64,000 nt of DNA from Cycas panzhihuaensis (GCA_023213395.1 CM041465.1:191215741-191279740), one strand, 5' to 3'; positions 35,100 through 49,700 are shown, numbered from the stretch's first letter. The notes: a model not told the origin generated them from the letters alone. Numbers and translations: made by a program.

Positions 35100-38000
35100 G
35101 TTGAAATCTTTCAATTTCTCGACACAGAGTTGAGTTAGTTGAGACAACTCTATGATAGGGAGGTGTTATGTGCCTAATTAAGGGTGGATGATATACTTGG
35201 GTCAGGGTATATATCATCAGAAAAGATAATGTATAAAGGTGATGTGTCAGCTTGTGACAGACACAAGAATAATTGAATAATATTAGTTTCATGAGGAAGG
35301 CCTAGGAGAATGTAGGTTTTATTATGTAAGCATAGAAAAGACTTATAATATACCCCTTAAGAGAGTCATTGTAAAATAATGTTTTGAGAACTATAATTTG
35401 AGAGGATTCATGTTCTTCTATTCCCTTATCTTATTCTCTCTTTGAAACTATTATTCTGATTTCGGATAATTTCTATTGTTGTTTCTTGTTTTTGTATGGT
35501 ATATAGTTTTAGGGATTGCTACAAGTAGTATTAGAGTATGATTTAGACGAATTAGTGTTTCTTACAAAGAACAACTATTTTGGAGGTGTGAGCAATAGAA
35601 CTTGGCAAAAAAAACTGCATAATCAAGTTGATCACATTTGTGCCATAAGTTTTGACCTATTATACTGCACATTTTTGGTGAAAATTGAGTGATATAAAGA
35701 ATTCAATTTCAGCATACTATCATTCCCCTTCTATGTGCCTAAAAATCTATGACCTCAACTTGCAACAGCCACTAAAGAGGATACAAAAATCCAATTGACC
35801 ATAATATTTTTTGTAATGTGCGCGTTGGAGTTTGCTTTCCTAAAAAAAAGCTCCTCAAAATTTGGACATCAAGAGAGAGCTACTGTCATTTTTGTGAAGG
35901 GTCATGTTGTTATACAACCTCACATTTGTTTATGAACTTACGGAGCTTATTATAAAAGATACAAACCTCCAAATCACTTTGGGCTAGATTCACAACATAA
36001 TTGGGTCCTCTGTCCATAAAAAAATGTAGCACTCCATTGGGATGGTGAGAAGGAATGATATTTCAATTTTTTGTAAGAGGCTAATTTTGCCCTAAATTTA
36101 GTAAACTTTTAGGAAAATCCTTAAATTTAGAATGGCAATGCCAATACTCTCGAAGGATGGGAAGACTGAAACCATGAATAGATAGACAAGACTGAAGTTG
36201 TTTATAAACTCAAGCCTAATACATGGTGAAATAATTTTGACCACTCACATTACATTTGGGTGGAGAAGCTCTTGCTTGGTACATTATCTGCTATAACAAA
36301 TCTACTGAATATTATAAATAAAGGGGCTTTTCAATAGATGTCTTCAAAATAGTTTTGCACACATGAATGCGAACAATGGAACCAACAATATCATTATGAA
36401 TATCATAAGCAAACAAACAAAAAGGGACTTTTTCGAAAATTATTTAGTCATATCAAGAAACTTAAAATGCTATATCAAAACAAATGAGACCAAATGAAAC
36501 TTTTAAAAGGTTATATCTACTAAGGTATGATGATAAAAAGGGTATTCCTCCAACCCCAAATAATTACTTAGAGAGAACCCTTGCCAAGGTTAAAGAATTT
36601 GAGAAAAATGAAGAACGACGTGAAGTACTGTAAATTGTCACAAACAAAATGCAATTAGAGGAGCACAATAATGTTCAAGAATAGGATGCAAAGGGAGGGC
36701 TTGACAAAGTTGAAGACAATATTGAAAAACAAGTGAAAGAAGAAGAATAAGAGAAAATGAACTAAGTTAAAGGAACTAAAGACATAGAAAACGATGAATC
36801 CAACATTCAATGTGAGGCAAAGGAATAAAAATATCAATTTGAAGTAGAACTAGTCATGATGCATGAACAGGATCCAGAACTATAATTAGAGAAGGTCGAA
36901 CCAAAGCAATGTTGCCAACAAGGTGGGAAAAGAAAGAAAGAAAGATGAACAACTAAAGGAGGATAAGATAGAAATTGAGGGACTCATGTCTCAAGGCGAT
37001 ACAACAGAGAAGGATATTATAACTTCCTTACTAGAGATTGTATCACCATCAACAAGAACTAGGCAACAAATGGTAGAAGATGAGTACATCCCACCAGCAA
37101 AACAAATAATTCAAAGAACAACAAAATCAAAGGATGCAACAATGTCATCACAAGGGCCAATAACATCCTTGGCATTTAAACAATTAAAAGCCTTGAAAGT
37201 AAAGGCATGCATCAATGGATAGAAGATAATAACAATTCTTATTGATCTAGACATGAGTCATAATTTGTTTTGATATAGTGCCTGTAAGGAGGCTAAAAAT
37301 TTTTCACAATGCCCAAATTAAAATTGTCAATGCCACTAGCCAACAAGGCAACTATCCAAGGGATGCACATGCTATGAAGTGAAGCTAAGTAGGAACAATG
37401 TTGTTCTCCAGCCTTATTTCTATGCCATTACTATTGAAGTTGTTCAGATGGTGTTAGGATCATAATGGCTACAAACTCTCAAAACCTTCTTTATGAACTT
37501 ATGAGAGAAGTTCAGCAGATTTACAAGTCAAGGTGAACAAGTTAGATTACAAGGAATCTACAATCTGAAGTACCCAAAGGAGATCCCACAGCAAATAAAA
37601 GAATGGAAGCAACGCAACAGCCATAGAAAGAAGTGGGGATAACTTGAACAAACTCTACAAGACTTGACCAGGAGTCCATGACCATTACCATTATGCCAAT
37701 ATAACCAAGAAACAAGTTCACATCAATAACAGAGATGGAAGCAAGTATGTTGCATTCCCCTATTTATGGAGGCCAACTTCTATAGAGGGTAATTAATGAA
37801 TAATTAATACAAGGCTGGCTTTCATAAATTTTAAATTAATTACTCTAAGGCTGAGTCCATCCAAAATAATTACTTAGGCCAATTTCACCCAAAAATAATC
37901 AATTAATTAGCTTGAAGCCTGCTTGTATCCAGTTTCACTTATACAAGGGAGTTGTGGGTCATTTGGCCAAATCATCTTTTGGAGAACTTCTTGTCTGTCC

Positions 38001-38425
38001 TTTTGGAAGGTAGCAAAATCATTAGAGGTACCCTTCTTCAAAAAGAGCAACAAACAGACAAGCTGGATATATTTAAGCATCAATTAGTATTTGTGCACAT
38101 GAGCCTTTATTAGTTAGTCTTGCACTTACCATTGTCAAAAATATCTTTCATTATCTATCAATTACTACTGTACTATTGGAATTCTGTCAATTAATGCTGT
38201 TGTACCTTGATTTATCACTACTATAGTTGCATTATCTGCAATACTATCTTTTATTTCTGCTAGAAATCATTTGTTACTACTGTACTTTAACATCTATGTT
38301 ATTCTACCATCAATATTTTAGCATTGTCTTATCATCTACTTGTTATACTTACATAACAATATAGTCAAAAACAACAGAAAGCAATGTGTAATCGATTTGG
38401 GATCACCACAAGTGGTATCAAAGAC
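35100..38425 (+). mobile_element. Heavily decayed gypsy-type remnant(s)
   Basis: Protease-like LKVKACING*KIITIFIDLDMSHN near 37190-37270. PBS-like sequences at ~35526 and 38413. Boundaries uncertain. Confidence 0.4.
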
Positions 38426-38599
38426 TCAAGATCAAACCATGCAGTACAAGGAAAGTCAATTTCAGAAGTCAAATACCTAATTTCTGCAATCAGAAACCAT
38501 AATTTCTCAGACAAAAATCAAATTTTCTACACTTAAAATTCTGAAATTATACTGATCTAGAGTACGAGATATATGTGATAATACCTGAATGAATATTAA

Positions 38600-39423
38600 G
38601 TAAACTTACAGTGACGTCTCTTCTTACAACTGTCCTCTTCGAGGAGAGGTTCCCTCCAAGTTTACAGCAGCTCTACGGCCAAAAATATGGTAGCCAAGAT
38701 ATTCCCCGTGATGCCCTAGAATGAGATCCCAAAGGCCCATAAATAGGCAGTCAAATGGTCCCTATGTAAGTCGGCCAAAATGAAGTCATAAACTGGAGTT
38801 TATTCTATCCTCTAGGTCAGCCAGAACCAATCTAGGAAATCGGCCAAAATAAGAATAATAATAGTGTACTCTGAGCCATATATTAAGGTCGGTTCCCCTG
38901 AGACGAGGGAGGTCGACCAGATTGATAGAGTTGTTACAAGTCCCTCCCCTTCAAAATTGCGCTTTGCCCTCAAAGCACTGGTAAATTTTGGTACTGTTGC
39001 ATCCATTCTTTGAATTCCCATGTTGCCTCGCTGTTGTCTGCTACTTTCTATTTGATAAGGTATTCTATGATTTCGCAAGAACACAACCTTTTGGTGCATT
39101 CCTGAAGGATACCTTCTAGTTCAGCTAATAATCTTCCTTCCTCATCTAATATTGGAAGTTCTGTTTGGATTGGTACCCTTTTTCCTAACTTACTTTTAAG
39201 GCAAGAGATGTGGAATGCATTGTGTATTTGACAATCTAAAGGAAACTCCAATCTATAGGCTACATCTCCAATTTCAGCCAAGATTTTATAGGGTCCAAAA
39301 AACTTTGGTTGAAGCTTATTGTGCCTTTGAAGGTTAGCTTGTTGCTTCATCCAATTGCGAGCTATGTTTAGGTTGTCTTCTAGATTTCCAATATTTGCCT
39401 TGACTATTGGTGGTACTTTTCAA
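38600..39423 (-). mobile_element. Chromovirus 3' remnant (integrase C-terminus, chromodomain-like end, PPT, LTR start at 38938)
   Basis: KLQPKFFGPYKI..IG.VAYRL..P....IHNAFHISCLK...EYLIK. PPT AGGGGAGGGA followed by CT-TG. Confidence 0.75.
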
Positions 39424-42400
39424 TGTTGGAAGATAGTGGATAAGAGGAGGAGACATGTCATTAAGCACATGTAAGAAGATACAAGAAACAACAATATGAC
39501 AAATGACTCACAACTCTCCAATAATCTCATTAGAAAACATAATAGAGTACATAATATATATAGATTACATATGTACTAAAGATAGGAATTAGTTTTAACT
39601 ATATCATAATAGTTAATTAACTACTCCCTCAAATTATGGTACACTATCAACTACCATATTTAATATTGCAATCATCTTTGACTCCTCCTAATCAACACAT
39701 TAATGACTTTGACTAAGAATATTCTCACACTTAGAATATTCCATGTGAGAAAATATTCTAATTACATGAGATGAAATGAACTTAAATGAACATGTAACGG
39801 GAATGTACATTATTTCCAACACCCTCTCATAATGTTAAGTTCATTTCCTATCATAAACATCAGTGTCCTAAGTCTCTCAAACTTCTCACAACCCAACGCC
39901 TAAACGAGAACCTGATCTTTTGAGGGACAATACATCAACCCAACTATGCCATACTCCACTTGCTGTCGAACAAAATGTTGGTCTTGGTCTTCTTCCACAA
40001 GCTTGAATCTGTCATGACAACCCAAGTCTTCAATAGCTGGAAGGCACCTTGGTTATCCTAGAATAACTGAACAAGTCACGTGGTTAAGAAGTCCATTAAG
40101 CCAAAAAAATGGCTTCAAGGATGTTATAACTGTTGCTTTGTATACTGCCTTGGTGAAAGACAAAGAAACTATCAATTGTTTCTTGTTACTCCAAGAGATC
40201 AACCGGAACTAAGTGTCAAATATGCACATATTGTTGTTGATTCAGCCTTTATTGTTGCAAGAGATCAACTAGGACTAAGTGTTAATGTGCATCCTGCCAT
40301 TGATTAGGATCAACCAAAACTAAGTGTCATCCACATCATGTTGTTGATCAAGCTCAACCAAAAATAAGTGGTCAATCCACATCCTGCTGTTGATTGGGAC
40401 CAACCAAAACTAAGTGACATACACATCCAATTGTTGATTATGCCATTGCAGTTGCATGTACAAAGCTACCAAAGAGGATTTTATTATCCTCTTGCAGTAC
40501 ATGCCAGTTGTGATCATCAATGCATGAACAACACGCCCATTTTCCTGCTTCTCCAAATGTCACCATATCGACATACAATATCATGCTTGCTTCTACGCAC
40601 TATTGTATTTGCCAAGTCATTGTTGCTTTAAAGAATTGTTAGATGTTTTCATTAACACCACAACACTACAATTATCATAACCATAACACACTAAGTTGCA
40701 CTTCATGCAGCAATAATCTACACAACCTCAACAAATATAAAGAAATTTAGGTAGTCGCGATTCTTATGAAGGTATGATAACCCTCATGCAGGTTGATGAG
40801 AGTAAAGTACTCCACAATTCACTCATCTCCTTCAGTTTATGCACATGAAGAGAGAGAGAGGGGATAGACATTTTTCAAGAGTAAAGCAAGTATCAAGACT
40901 CCATTAAATCTATGAGAGTCTTCATGCATCATATGCAAGTAGCTAAGATGAGTAATCAACTCATCAACCACTGGCAAATTAATGAAAGCCAATGTTCTAG
41001 GTTCCAGTTCTGCCAAGTCATGTTGTGTCGTGTCATGCCATGCTATAATGCCATCAATTTAGTGTGATCTGGCTTCCTGTCTTCTCCTTTAACAACTTCC
41101 ATAGGCCTTCATAACACTGAAAAATGTTCTCTTTCCACATCACACAGAAATTACATCTCGCCTTAGTGAATCTGGCAAACTATAGCTAGCAATTCACAAA
41201 CATTTTATGAAGTCTATAATTTAAGAAAAATAGGGAGATGTAGTGTTTAAATCATCGTAAGTATGAGTGTCACATCACTCAGTGATTGCAAGGTGAATTA
41301 CACTAAAAAGGTACATATAAAAAGGTTCAAGAAGAACTCTTAATACATCATGAAATCTTCTCAAAAGAGGATGAAGTACAATAAAATATCCTCTTCAAGT
41401 GTTCTCAAAAGAGGACAACGTACATTAAAAACTCCCCTTTAAAGTACTCTCAAAGTACATTAAAAAATCCTCTTAAAATAGAGTTAAAAGATACACTCTA
41501 ATGAGGATAAACTACATTGAAAGATCTCTTGAAGTACTCCTTAATTGAAGCCAAAAAGTGCCCTTTAAAAGAAGACAAATTAACAAACTTTAAACGGCTT
41601 AATGTCTTCATGAAGTATCATACCCATCTAATAAAAGACATATTCCTAAAGAGGATGACGTACTTAAGAAAGATCCTGTTGAAATATTCTTTTAAATGTC
41701 GTCAAAAGTACCCTTTAAAAGAGGATGAATTACATAAAATGAATCCTCTTGAAGTACCCTTTTATGTTGCCAAGAGTGTACTTAAAAAAAAGGATAAAGT
41801 ACAAGGAAAAAATCCCCTTAAAGTACCTTTAAATAAAGCCAAAAAGAAATACACCAAAAGAATATATTTCAAAGAATGAAATAATTTCTCAAAAGTGACT
41901 AACTATAGAATAGAACATATATTAAAAAAGGTATATTATGAAGAATATACTAATGTTATAAACATTAGCTAAGACATATAATTTATCGATCGAATATTTC
42001 ATGGTTGCTCGATTTTCTCCGACAACTCAGATTACAGTGGCGGCCAACAAAGGCTTTGACGACTGGTTGCAGTGCAAGTGGTGGCAGTAGATTCGTCGTA
42101 TGGCTTCGAGTTGTGGGCGTCCCATCTAGTAGATGTCATCTGGCGTCTCCATATTTTTTCGGCGACTATCTACGACTCTCAATGACCTTTGTAGTGGCGA
42201 ATGAGCATCTTCGGCCCGTATGGCGACTATCCACACCAACAGCGTTGACTAGAGGGTGATTCCGAACGGACAGAGAAAGCACGGATGACGATCAATTAGC
42301 AGCAAATATCAGTAACTGCAATGGCAACTAATGACATCTCACTACGACTCCTGGTAGCACCAGATGACAATTGCAGGCTTCAACAACGGTGATCTATAGG

Positions 42401-43230
42401 AGATGTAGCTCCAACGAGGTGACAGTTGTCGTAGGTAGGTTGGTAGTAGTGTTGGCTAGCATTTAGTCAGCAAAGACAGGCGGTCATGGAGCAGTCTTCA
42501 TCTCCACATCTTCACGCAGCTGGACATGATTAGTACAAGTGACTACCTTCGTCTCCCTCTTAAACGGACTAACTTATAGCTTTACCATTCTAGGCAGTTA
42601 CTTCAACCCTCACACATCTCAACATAGAATGATTAGGCACCCTTCTTCACAAACAACTACCTCTGTAGGGATTTTATCAACTGTATTTTTTTCTCTATAT
42701 GTTTTACTCACAGAGTGTCCAATCAATTAGACACAAGTGATAATAAGCAACATCACAATTGTAAGAAAAGGAAAGCAAGCTCATTTGGACAGCCCAAGCT
42801 ACTCAGACATGGTAGAAAATAGGGACATAAGTATCATAAGAGTAAAGTGGCTCTGATACCATGTTGGAAGATAGTGGATAAGAGGAGGAGACATGTCATA
42901 AAGCACATGTAAGAAGATACAAAAAATGACAATACGACAAATGACTCACAACTCTCCAACAACCTCATTAGAAAACATAAGAGTACATAATATATATAGA
43001 TTACATATATACTAAAGATAGGAATTAGTTTTAACCATATCATAATGATTAATTAACTACTCCCTCAAATTATGGTAGGATATTAACTAGCATATTTAAT
43101 GTTGCAACCATCTTTAACTCCTAACCAACACATTAATGACTTTGACTAAGAATATTCTAAGAATGTTCTCACTTAGAATATTCCATGTAAGGAAATTATT
43201 ATAATTACATGAGATGAAATGAACTTAAAT
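39424..43230 (-). mobile_element. Non-autonomous LTR element E, same family as D, different 5' interior
   Basis: LTRs 39424-39821 and 42862-~43230 (outer end truncated), PBS 42850-42861, PPT at 39822. The 3' interior is reverse-complement homologous to D ~25000-27160. Confidence 0.88.
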
Positions 43231-44069
43231 TTACATGAAGAGCCTCGCAACATGGTATTTCGCAAATCCATCTCCACACTTTGCAAAGATGCACTAAAAA
43301 ATATTGCAATGAATGAAGCTGGGAAGCCCAAATGGCAAGAAAAATCCAAGGAGATTGTGCGCGCCTTTTACTAACTGTCTTAACATGCAATAATTCGTAA
43401 AGAAAAAGACGCACATTGGTGAAAACATCAAGAACTGCTATTCATGACAAAGGCGTTGCGTCTGGTCCTCTCACAACCAGACGCATGCCAAAACAATTAC
43501 CGGTCATTCCCCAACGTAGGTCCAAATTTCAGGCCAATCGGATGTCAAGAAAATACACACACACCCATACATGTCTTGATTCTTAATTTTATGTGAGACA
43601 GATGTACAGTTACATAACGGTTTCAAAAATTGTTGTCCTAACTAATTCGCCGCTGCCCGTGCCGCCCATGGTCTGCCCGCTGACCGAATTACCCACGGTC
43701 CGTCCGAGTTGCAGCCGCCACTTCACCGTTGCAGTCACAATCGATTAGCTATTCGCTACGGCACCAACGATCGCGAGAGTCGCGATCGTTACAAGAACGA
43801 ACGAAGTTGCGAGGCGGAACAACCGCAGTCACAATCGCAGCAGCCTCAACCGCAGTCGCAATCGCAACAGCAACAACCGCAGTCTCAATCGCAGCAGCAA
43901 GAACAACGATGGCGATACAGTCATAGTCGCAGCCCCATCAGTAACAGTCACTTTAGTTACAGCCATTCCTCCAAAAGTGGTTGTTAACCAGCACACATCT
44001 TCCCGGTCGCCTCTTTTGAATGAGTAGCATACTCGTTCACAAAAAAAAAAAAAAAATGATTACTCTTAC

Positions 44070-45692
44070 TTAATTTCGTCTTTGAGCCTCCTTAATTTTC
44101 ATTCTTTCCCTTCGTATATATTCCATCTCCGGTTTTGCTATGTGAGGAGGCATTTTCAATCCATTTCGTCTCAGATATTCACATAGCATAGCCACATCTT
44201 GCATAGTGTCCAACAGTGCTAAGGTTGGTTTTTCCCCTGATTGTAGCTGATCAATTTCTTGATTGAGCTCAATAGTAACTCTTTTTGTTAACTCTAAATG
44301 ATCTCTGTATGCATTATGTTCTTTCCATAGATTTTTGCACCGTTCTGTTTCTTCGTCTGCCTTTATGATCCATGCTCCCAGCCGATGATAAACTGGCTGC
44401 ATATCTGCCAGAATGTATTTATCAAATCTTCTTTTGAATTCTTCCACCTGCGGTCCGACCTCATTTATGTCGTCCACCCAATCCATTATAAACTTTTTTA
44501 AGGATTCCAACTTCTCCTCTGTAATTTGATGAATCAGTTTCAGGAATTCCTCTAGTGGCTTTGCCCCGCTTTCCAGTTCTGTAACCAACTGCCTGGTTAC
44601 TTTTGCTAAAAATGTTGTCTTCCAATTTGTTATATCCTGGGCGTCGCACTCCATTGGGTCTAATCCTTCTAAAATTTCCTTGTCTACATTAAACTCTACT
44701 TCAGGTGGCTGATTATTTAACTTTTCTATTATTTCCTTCTTCCTTTTTTCTTGAGCCAACCTTCTTCTTTTCTGTCTTTGTTCTTCATCTTCTATTATTA
44801 TTGTTTCCTCAACTCTTTCTTCTCCTCCTTCCTCCTCCATTGGTTATGATTTCGGAACCTTGAGTCCTTCTTCTCTTACTGAACTGGCTCCTTTCTCCCA
44901 GTTCACCTTTTCTTTTCCTTTCTGAGTCGTGTGCTGTTGTATTCCTGGCATTACTTGATGCATTTGATACAATTTCTGTATCCAGCACTGAACATGTCCC
45001 TATTCTTTCTCCCAGTCCTCTCCGCTGTCATCCGTCCAACAAGCCAACGGTGACTGTTCCCTATTACCCTTCAGCATGCTGATTTCTAGACATTGAAATA
45101 GCAGCAACCCTTGGAGGATAGTTACATAATAAAAGGGAACAGTCTTATTGGATTCCAAAATTGCCTGTAGACTTACCTGTATCTTTTCTTTTACAAACTT
45201 TGCCCAGTTTAAAACTCTTCCTTGGGTAACCTGATTCACCATTGTTCTTAGATTACTAGGTACAAACGCGCTCTTCTGAGTAAGCACAATTTTGGTAAAA
45301 ATAAAATGTGCTATAAAACGTTTTTCTGGAGCTCGTATCCCTGCTATCCTTATACCTGACGTAGAAGCGTCTTTGCTTCCTGCCCCAATAATTCTTGCCG
45401 CTTCTTCCCGAGATATCAAAGTATCTCTGCGGATTTCTGCACCTTCTTTTGGAAGTCCTGTTACCGCTGCTATCACCTCCTCCGAGATCTGTATCATCTC
45501 CGGATATTTGGCTAATAATGGAAGCGTTGTCTGTAAGAACTTTTCTGCATTGGGCAGAATTCCGACCATGATAAATTTCTGCAATTCCGCTTTTATAATA
45601 AGCTTCCTTCTTTCTTCATCTTCTCTCATAATTCGCCATTCCGCCCGTATCCTAAAATCATCATTTTCTTTAATTACTAATGTCTGCGGCAT
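44070..45692 (-). pseudogene. 3' extra ORF(s) of F: PMD-like N-part (45000-45692) and charged, coiled-coil-like C-part (44070-44840)
   Basis: Two long ORFs of 230 and 256 aa. The first shares ordered motifs with A 15294-16109. Confidence 0.7.
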
Positions 45693-46748
45693 TTTCTTTG
45701 TACCTGCTATTCTTGTGAATTCTTTCTCAATTCTGCTCTTCCGGAATCTTTCGTCACCACTGCAAACGTTACTAATATTTCTACGAGCTCAATTTTATGC
45801 AATGCGATTGCTTCTACAACCATCGCTGCTACCTCTGCGACTGTTACTGTTGTCTTTGCAACCTTCGCTACTGTCTTTGCAGCCTTCGCTGCTGTCTTTC
45901 GATTTGATCCGTCTCTTGTTGCTACGGCTTCAATTCTGTCCGTTCCTCCTATTTGTACCTTCCCTGTTTCCTTTCCGCACAATGCCGTTATTCTTCCTCC
46001 CTTGCCGTATAAATTCCGAATTCCATGGGTTGTTTCACCGTCGTTGTTTTGCAATTTCGGCTGTTTCACAGCATTCTCTTTTTGTGTATCGTACTGCATG
46101 TCCCTTCATCATAACTAGGCAGTTATGGAACATAGTTGTACGTCCCATCTGCGCTTTCTGCACTTTTCTTAATCATTCCTGATTAAGACAATTGCGGCTA
46201 GGCGCACCTTCTTACATGCTCGTACGGTCCATCAATCAGGATGATTGTTCTTTAGTTCAATGATGTTCTCACCTTTTTTTTTTTTTAACATTCTGTATAA
46301 TTTTAACCTACTGCCATTGACTAGTTTAGTCAATGGATGTCCATCTAATTGTTGTAATTTAACGGCTCCATTATCATGAATATAATCAATTCTATATGGA
46401 CCTAGCCATCGTATTTTCATTTTACCTGGTCAATTCATAGGCCAGTGTTTCACAAATTTCCTTATATCCATATTCTGTAAGAGAATATGTTTGGGGAAAA
46501 TTTCTTACTACTTCTTGATTCGACTGACAACTATTTTCCCTTTCTGCAAAGGAGACATTCTTTTGTTTAATCAATTCATTTGTTTTTGCCATATTACCAA
46601 ACAATTCATACAGACAATTGTGCTGAATTTTATTACAAGAGGAAGTTACAACATTTTCTTTGGAATCTTCTATTACAAAGTTACCTTTTCTACTTGGTTC
46701 AATTTCATCTGGACATAACTACATAAGATAACCTCTTAAGGATTTTTC

Positions 46749-49700
46749 TCATGTTTCCTCCCAAGCAGACTGCAGCCAATCCAGCAAATATGTAGATGAA
46801 GCCTCGCTTGCCATTTGTGGAGGGGTCTTCAGGGCTTGGAATACCGTTTCCGTACAAGGACTTACTGTTGTAGCTACTGATGTAGTTGTTGAGGAAAATC
46901 TATCATCATCTTCTACTTTTTCAATCTGTGGTCCATCTGAGCAAAGAGGCAATACGACTTTCTTTCCTGCCGAATACAAAGTGAAAGTCAGCTTTCCCCA
47001 ATCTTGCAAGGCCTCTGTTGCCAACAGCCATGGTCGTCCTAAGAGTGCAGGATATGTTTTATTATGATCCTGCATTCTTACAACTGCAAAGTCTAAGCAA
47101 ACCGTAATTCCTGCCACTGTTACTGGGATATTCAGTAAAGATCCCATTGGTCGAACTTGCAACTGGTTGGCTAACCGTATTGCATAGTTTGGGGAAACCA
47201 ATTTTGGCCGTCCCAATGAAATCCATGTGGATTCAGGAAGCACATTTACTCCTGATCCTCCATCCACTACTGTTTTACATATCATTGTTCCAAACAAAAT
47301 CATTGGAACTCTTGGATCAATTACATCCATTTTTGTAGTTCGTAACACTGGTTTTTCCATGTAATCTACAAAATAACCAGCTTCCCACCATTTAAAGATA
47401 ATGGTTATAGGAATAGATATACCTGATTCCATTAATAATTCTTTTATCTCTTGCAATTTTTGCCACGGATTTTTTTCCAATTGCTCTTCAAATGCTGGTG
47501 GTCACCTTTGATACACTTGTCCTTTAAATCGGTTTGCTTGTTCCAATTCGTCTATCTGCACTGTCCTTGTAGCTTCTTGTATGGCTCTAACAGCCTCTTG
47601 CAATCTTTCTTTCTCCACTGCTACATCCGGAAAATTACTGCTGCTTGCTGTGTCTACCATCCTTCTGCTTCTTGTTTGAATATATATTGGCTTCTCCTTA
47701 TCTGGAATTTTTGTAGCCCGATTTGAAGTTTGTATTTTCAGGCCAGAGTTCTTTGGGCAATTTGCCCATTCATGATCTGCCGGCCCACATTCCTCACAAA
47801 TAGTCTTTTCCTTGCTTTTGCAGCGGACAGTCTGTCCTTAAATATCCCCATCTTGAACACAGATGACAGCGGACTGGCTTCGTCTTTCCTTTGTATAGTT
47901 TGAAAGAAGGATTTTCTTTCTTTTGATAAAAGGATTCCCTTACTGGATTTCTGTGGTAACATCCCACGTATAGGGGTTTCCTCTTTTACAAATTTCGCAC
48001 CATTTCTTTTCCGTCTGCTGATGTTCATTCCTAAAGTGGCCTGGTTGTCCACACGGAGGGGGGCACCATATATTTTCTCTGGATTTCCCCATTTTCAACT
48101 TGGCTATCTCCATTCTTAATTTTTCGATTTCTTCATCTCGCTGATTTGATTCAAAGGTATTCCAAGATTCTGTTTCAATGACTCTACTTTCAAGTCTTCG
48201 ATTTCTGGTTTTGTGGTTCCCAGGGGCAGAAACATCTGCCCAAATTTCTGGGTTCCATTTTGCAGTTGTGCTGTCCACATTTGATTTTCGAAGCATAATA
48301 CTAATTCCTTAACTTGTTCATAACTATTTAGGGGATGAAACATGATTTTTTCTTTTAAATGAGGCAGCAATCCTTGCACAAAGTATTTTAGTGACAACAT
48401 TGGATTCATTGGCATAAGGGGGTCCATTTTATTAAAAATGATTTTCAGTCTTCCATCAAAATCATTAACGGACTCACCTGGTATCTGTCTGATTTCTTCC
48501 AGAGCTTGGAATATCGACATTGGATCTCTGAGCCATTGAAATATGTCCAGGAATTGTGTCTGGACTACTTCCCACGTAGGATTCGTCTTTGCTACATATT
48601 GATACCAGGCGATTGCTGTTCCTCGCAATGTAGAAAAAAATCTTGCTTTTATTTCCTCTGGATCTTTAATCTTTTTGATTTTCAGCATGTTGGAGAATAA
48701 AGCCAAATGATCTCCAGGATCTCCCGAGCTGTCAAATTGTAAATGCCCGAACATGGCATCGTTCTGGACTATGACGTATGGGGAAATTGTTTGGTTTCCT
48801 CCTCCCATCCCACTGCCTTTCGCTATATTCCTCGGGCCTGTAGATTCTGGTCCAGTTATGTCCAACTCTCCTTCACTCCTTTCTTGCCTTAAAATTGTAC
48901 TTTTTGGGCTTTCTCCCATGAATGATGAACCTGAAAAGATCCGAGTCATTCTATACAATGGATTTAATACATGGGAATGGGTTTCTTTTACCTCCAGTAT
49001 ATAACAGTCCCACCCTGCTGTGGTTGTACTGTATATCTCCAAATTAATCGTCTTTCCTTCTTCTATAACCGTCTGTTCTTTTACAGATTCCAGCAATTCA
49101 TTTTCCTGGTTCTCTTCTCGTTCTGATGATGAATCCTCAGGCTGTGACAGGTTTCCTTGATCTTCTTCAAGTTCCAACCTTTCTTCTTCAATTCTTTTTT
49201 GGCTCCAATCTCCAGACTGGTTTTTTGCCAAATTCTAGAAATCTCTGTCTTCTTTTAAGCCTTTTCTTCTGCAACTGTTCATCTTCCTTGAAATTTAATT
49301 CTCGTTGGTTTATAGGCTCTGAATTTTGCTGAATTTCCAGCCAATTCTCATCTTCTTCCATTCTTAAACCTCGCTGGTTTATTTGCCCTTCACCCTGTTG
49401 ATTCCCCAACAGGTTCCCCTCTTCCTTTTCAATGTCCTGAAAGCATTTCTGTACAGAATTATAGTTTTCTTCAAAGATTTCCCACTGTTTCTGCTTCAAC
49501 TGGGTCTCTTCAGATTTCTGAAAATCATTTTCTTCCTCTTGACTGAATATCTCCTGTCTTGGCTTTGCTTTCTCCTCTAAGGTCTTTTTTATAGTCTTCT
49601 TTCCTTTCTCTAGCTGTCCTTTGTCCTCCTAGCCTTCTTTCTCTCTGCCACATCCCGCGCCCGTAAGTGGGGTCTGCCTTTCTTCCTGCCGCCCCTTCCC

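Noticed and set aside
45292-46182. 296-aa plus-strand ORF
   Set aside because: It is the antisense shadow of F's extra ORF plus short repeats and has no recognisable motifs.
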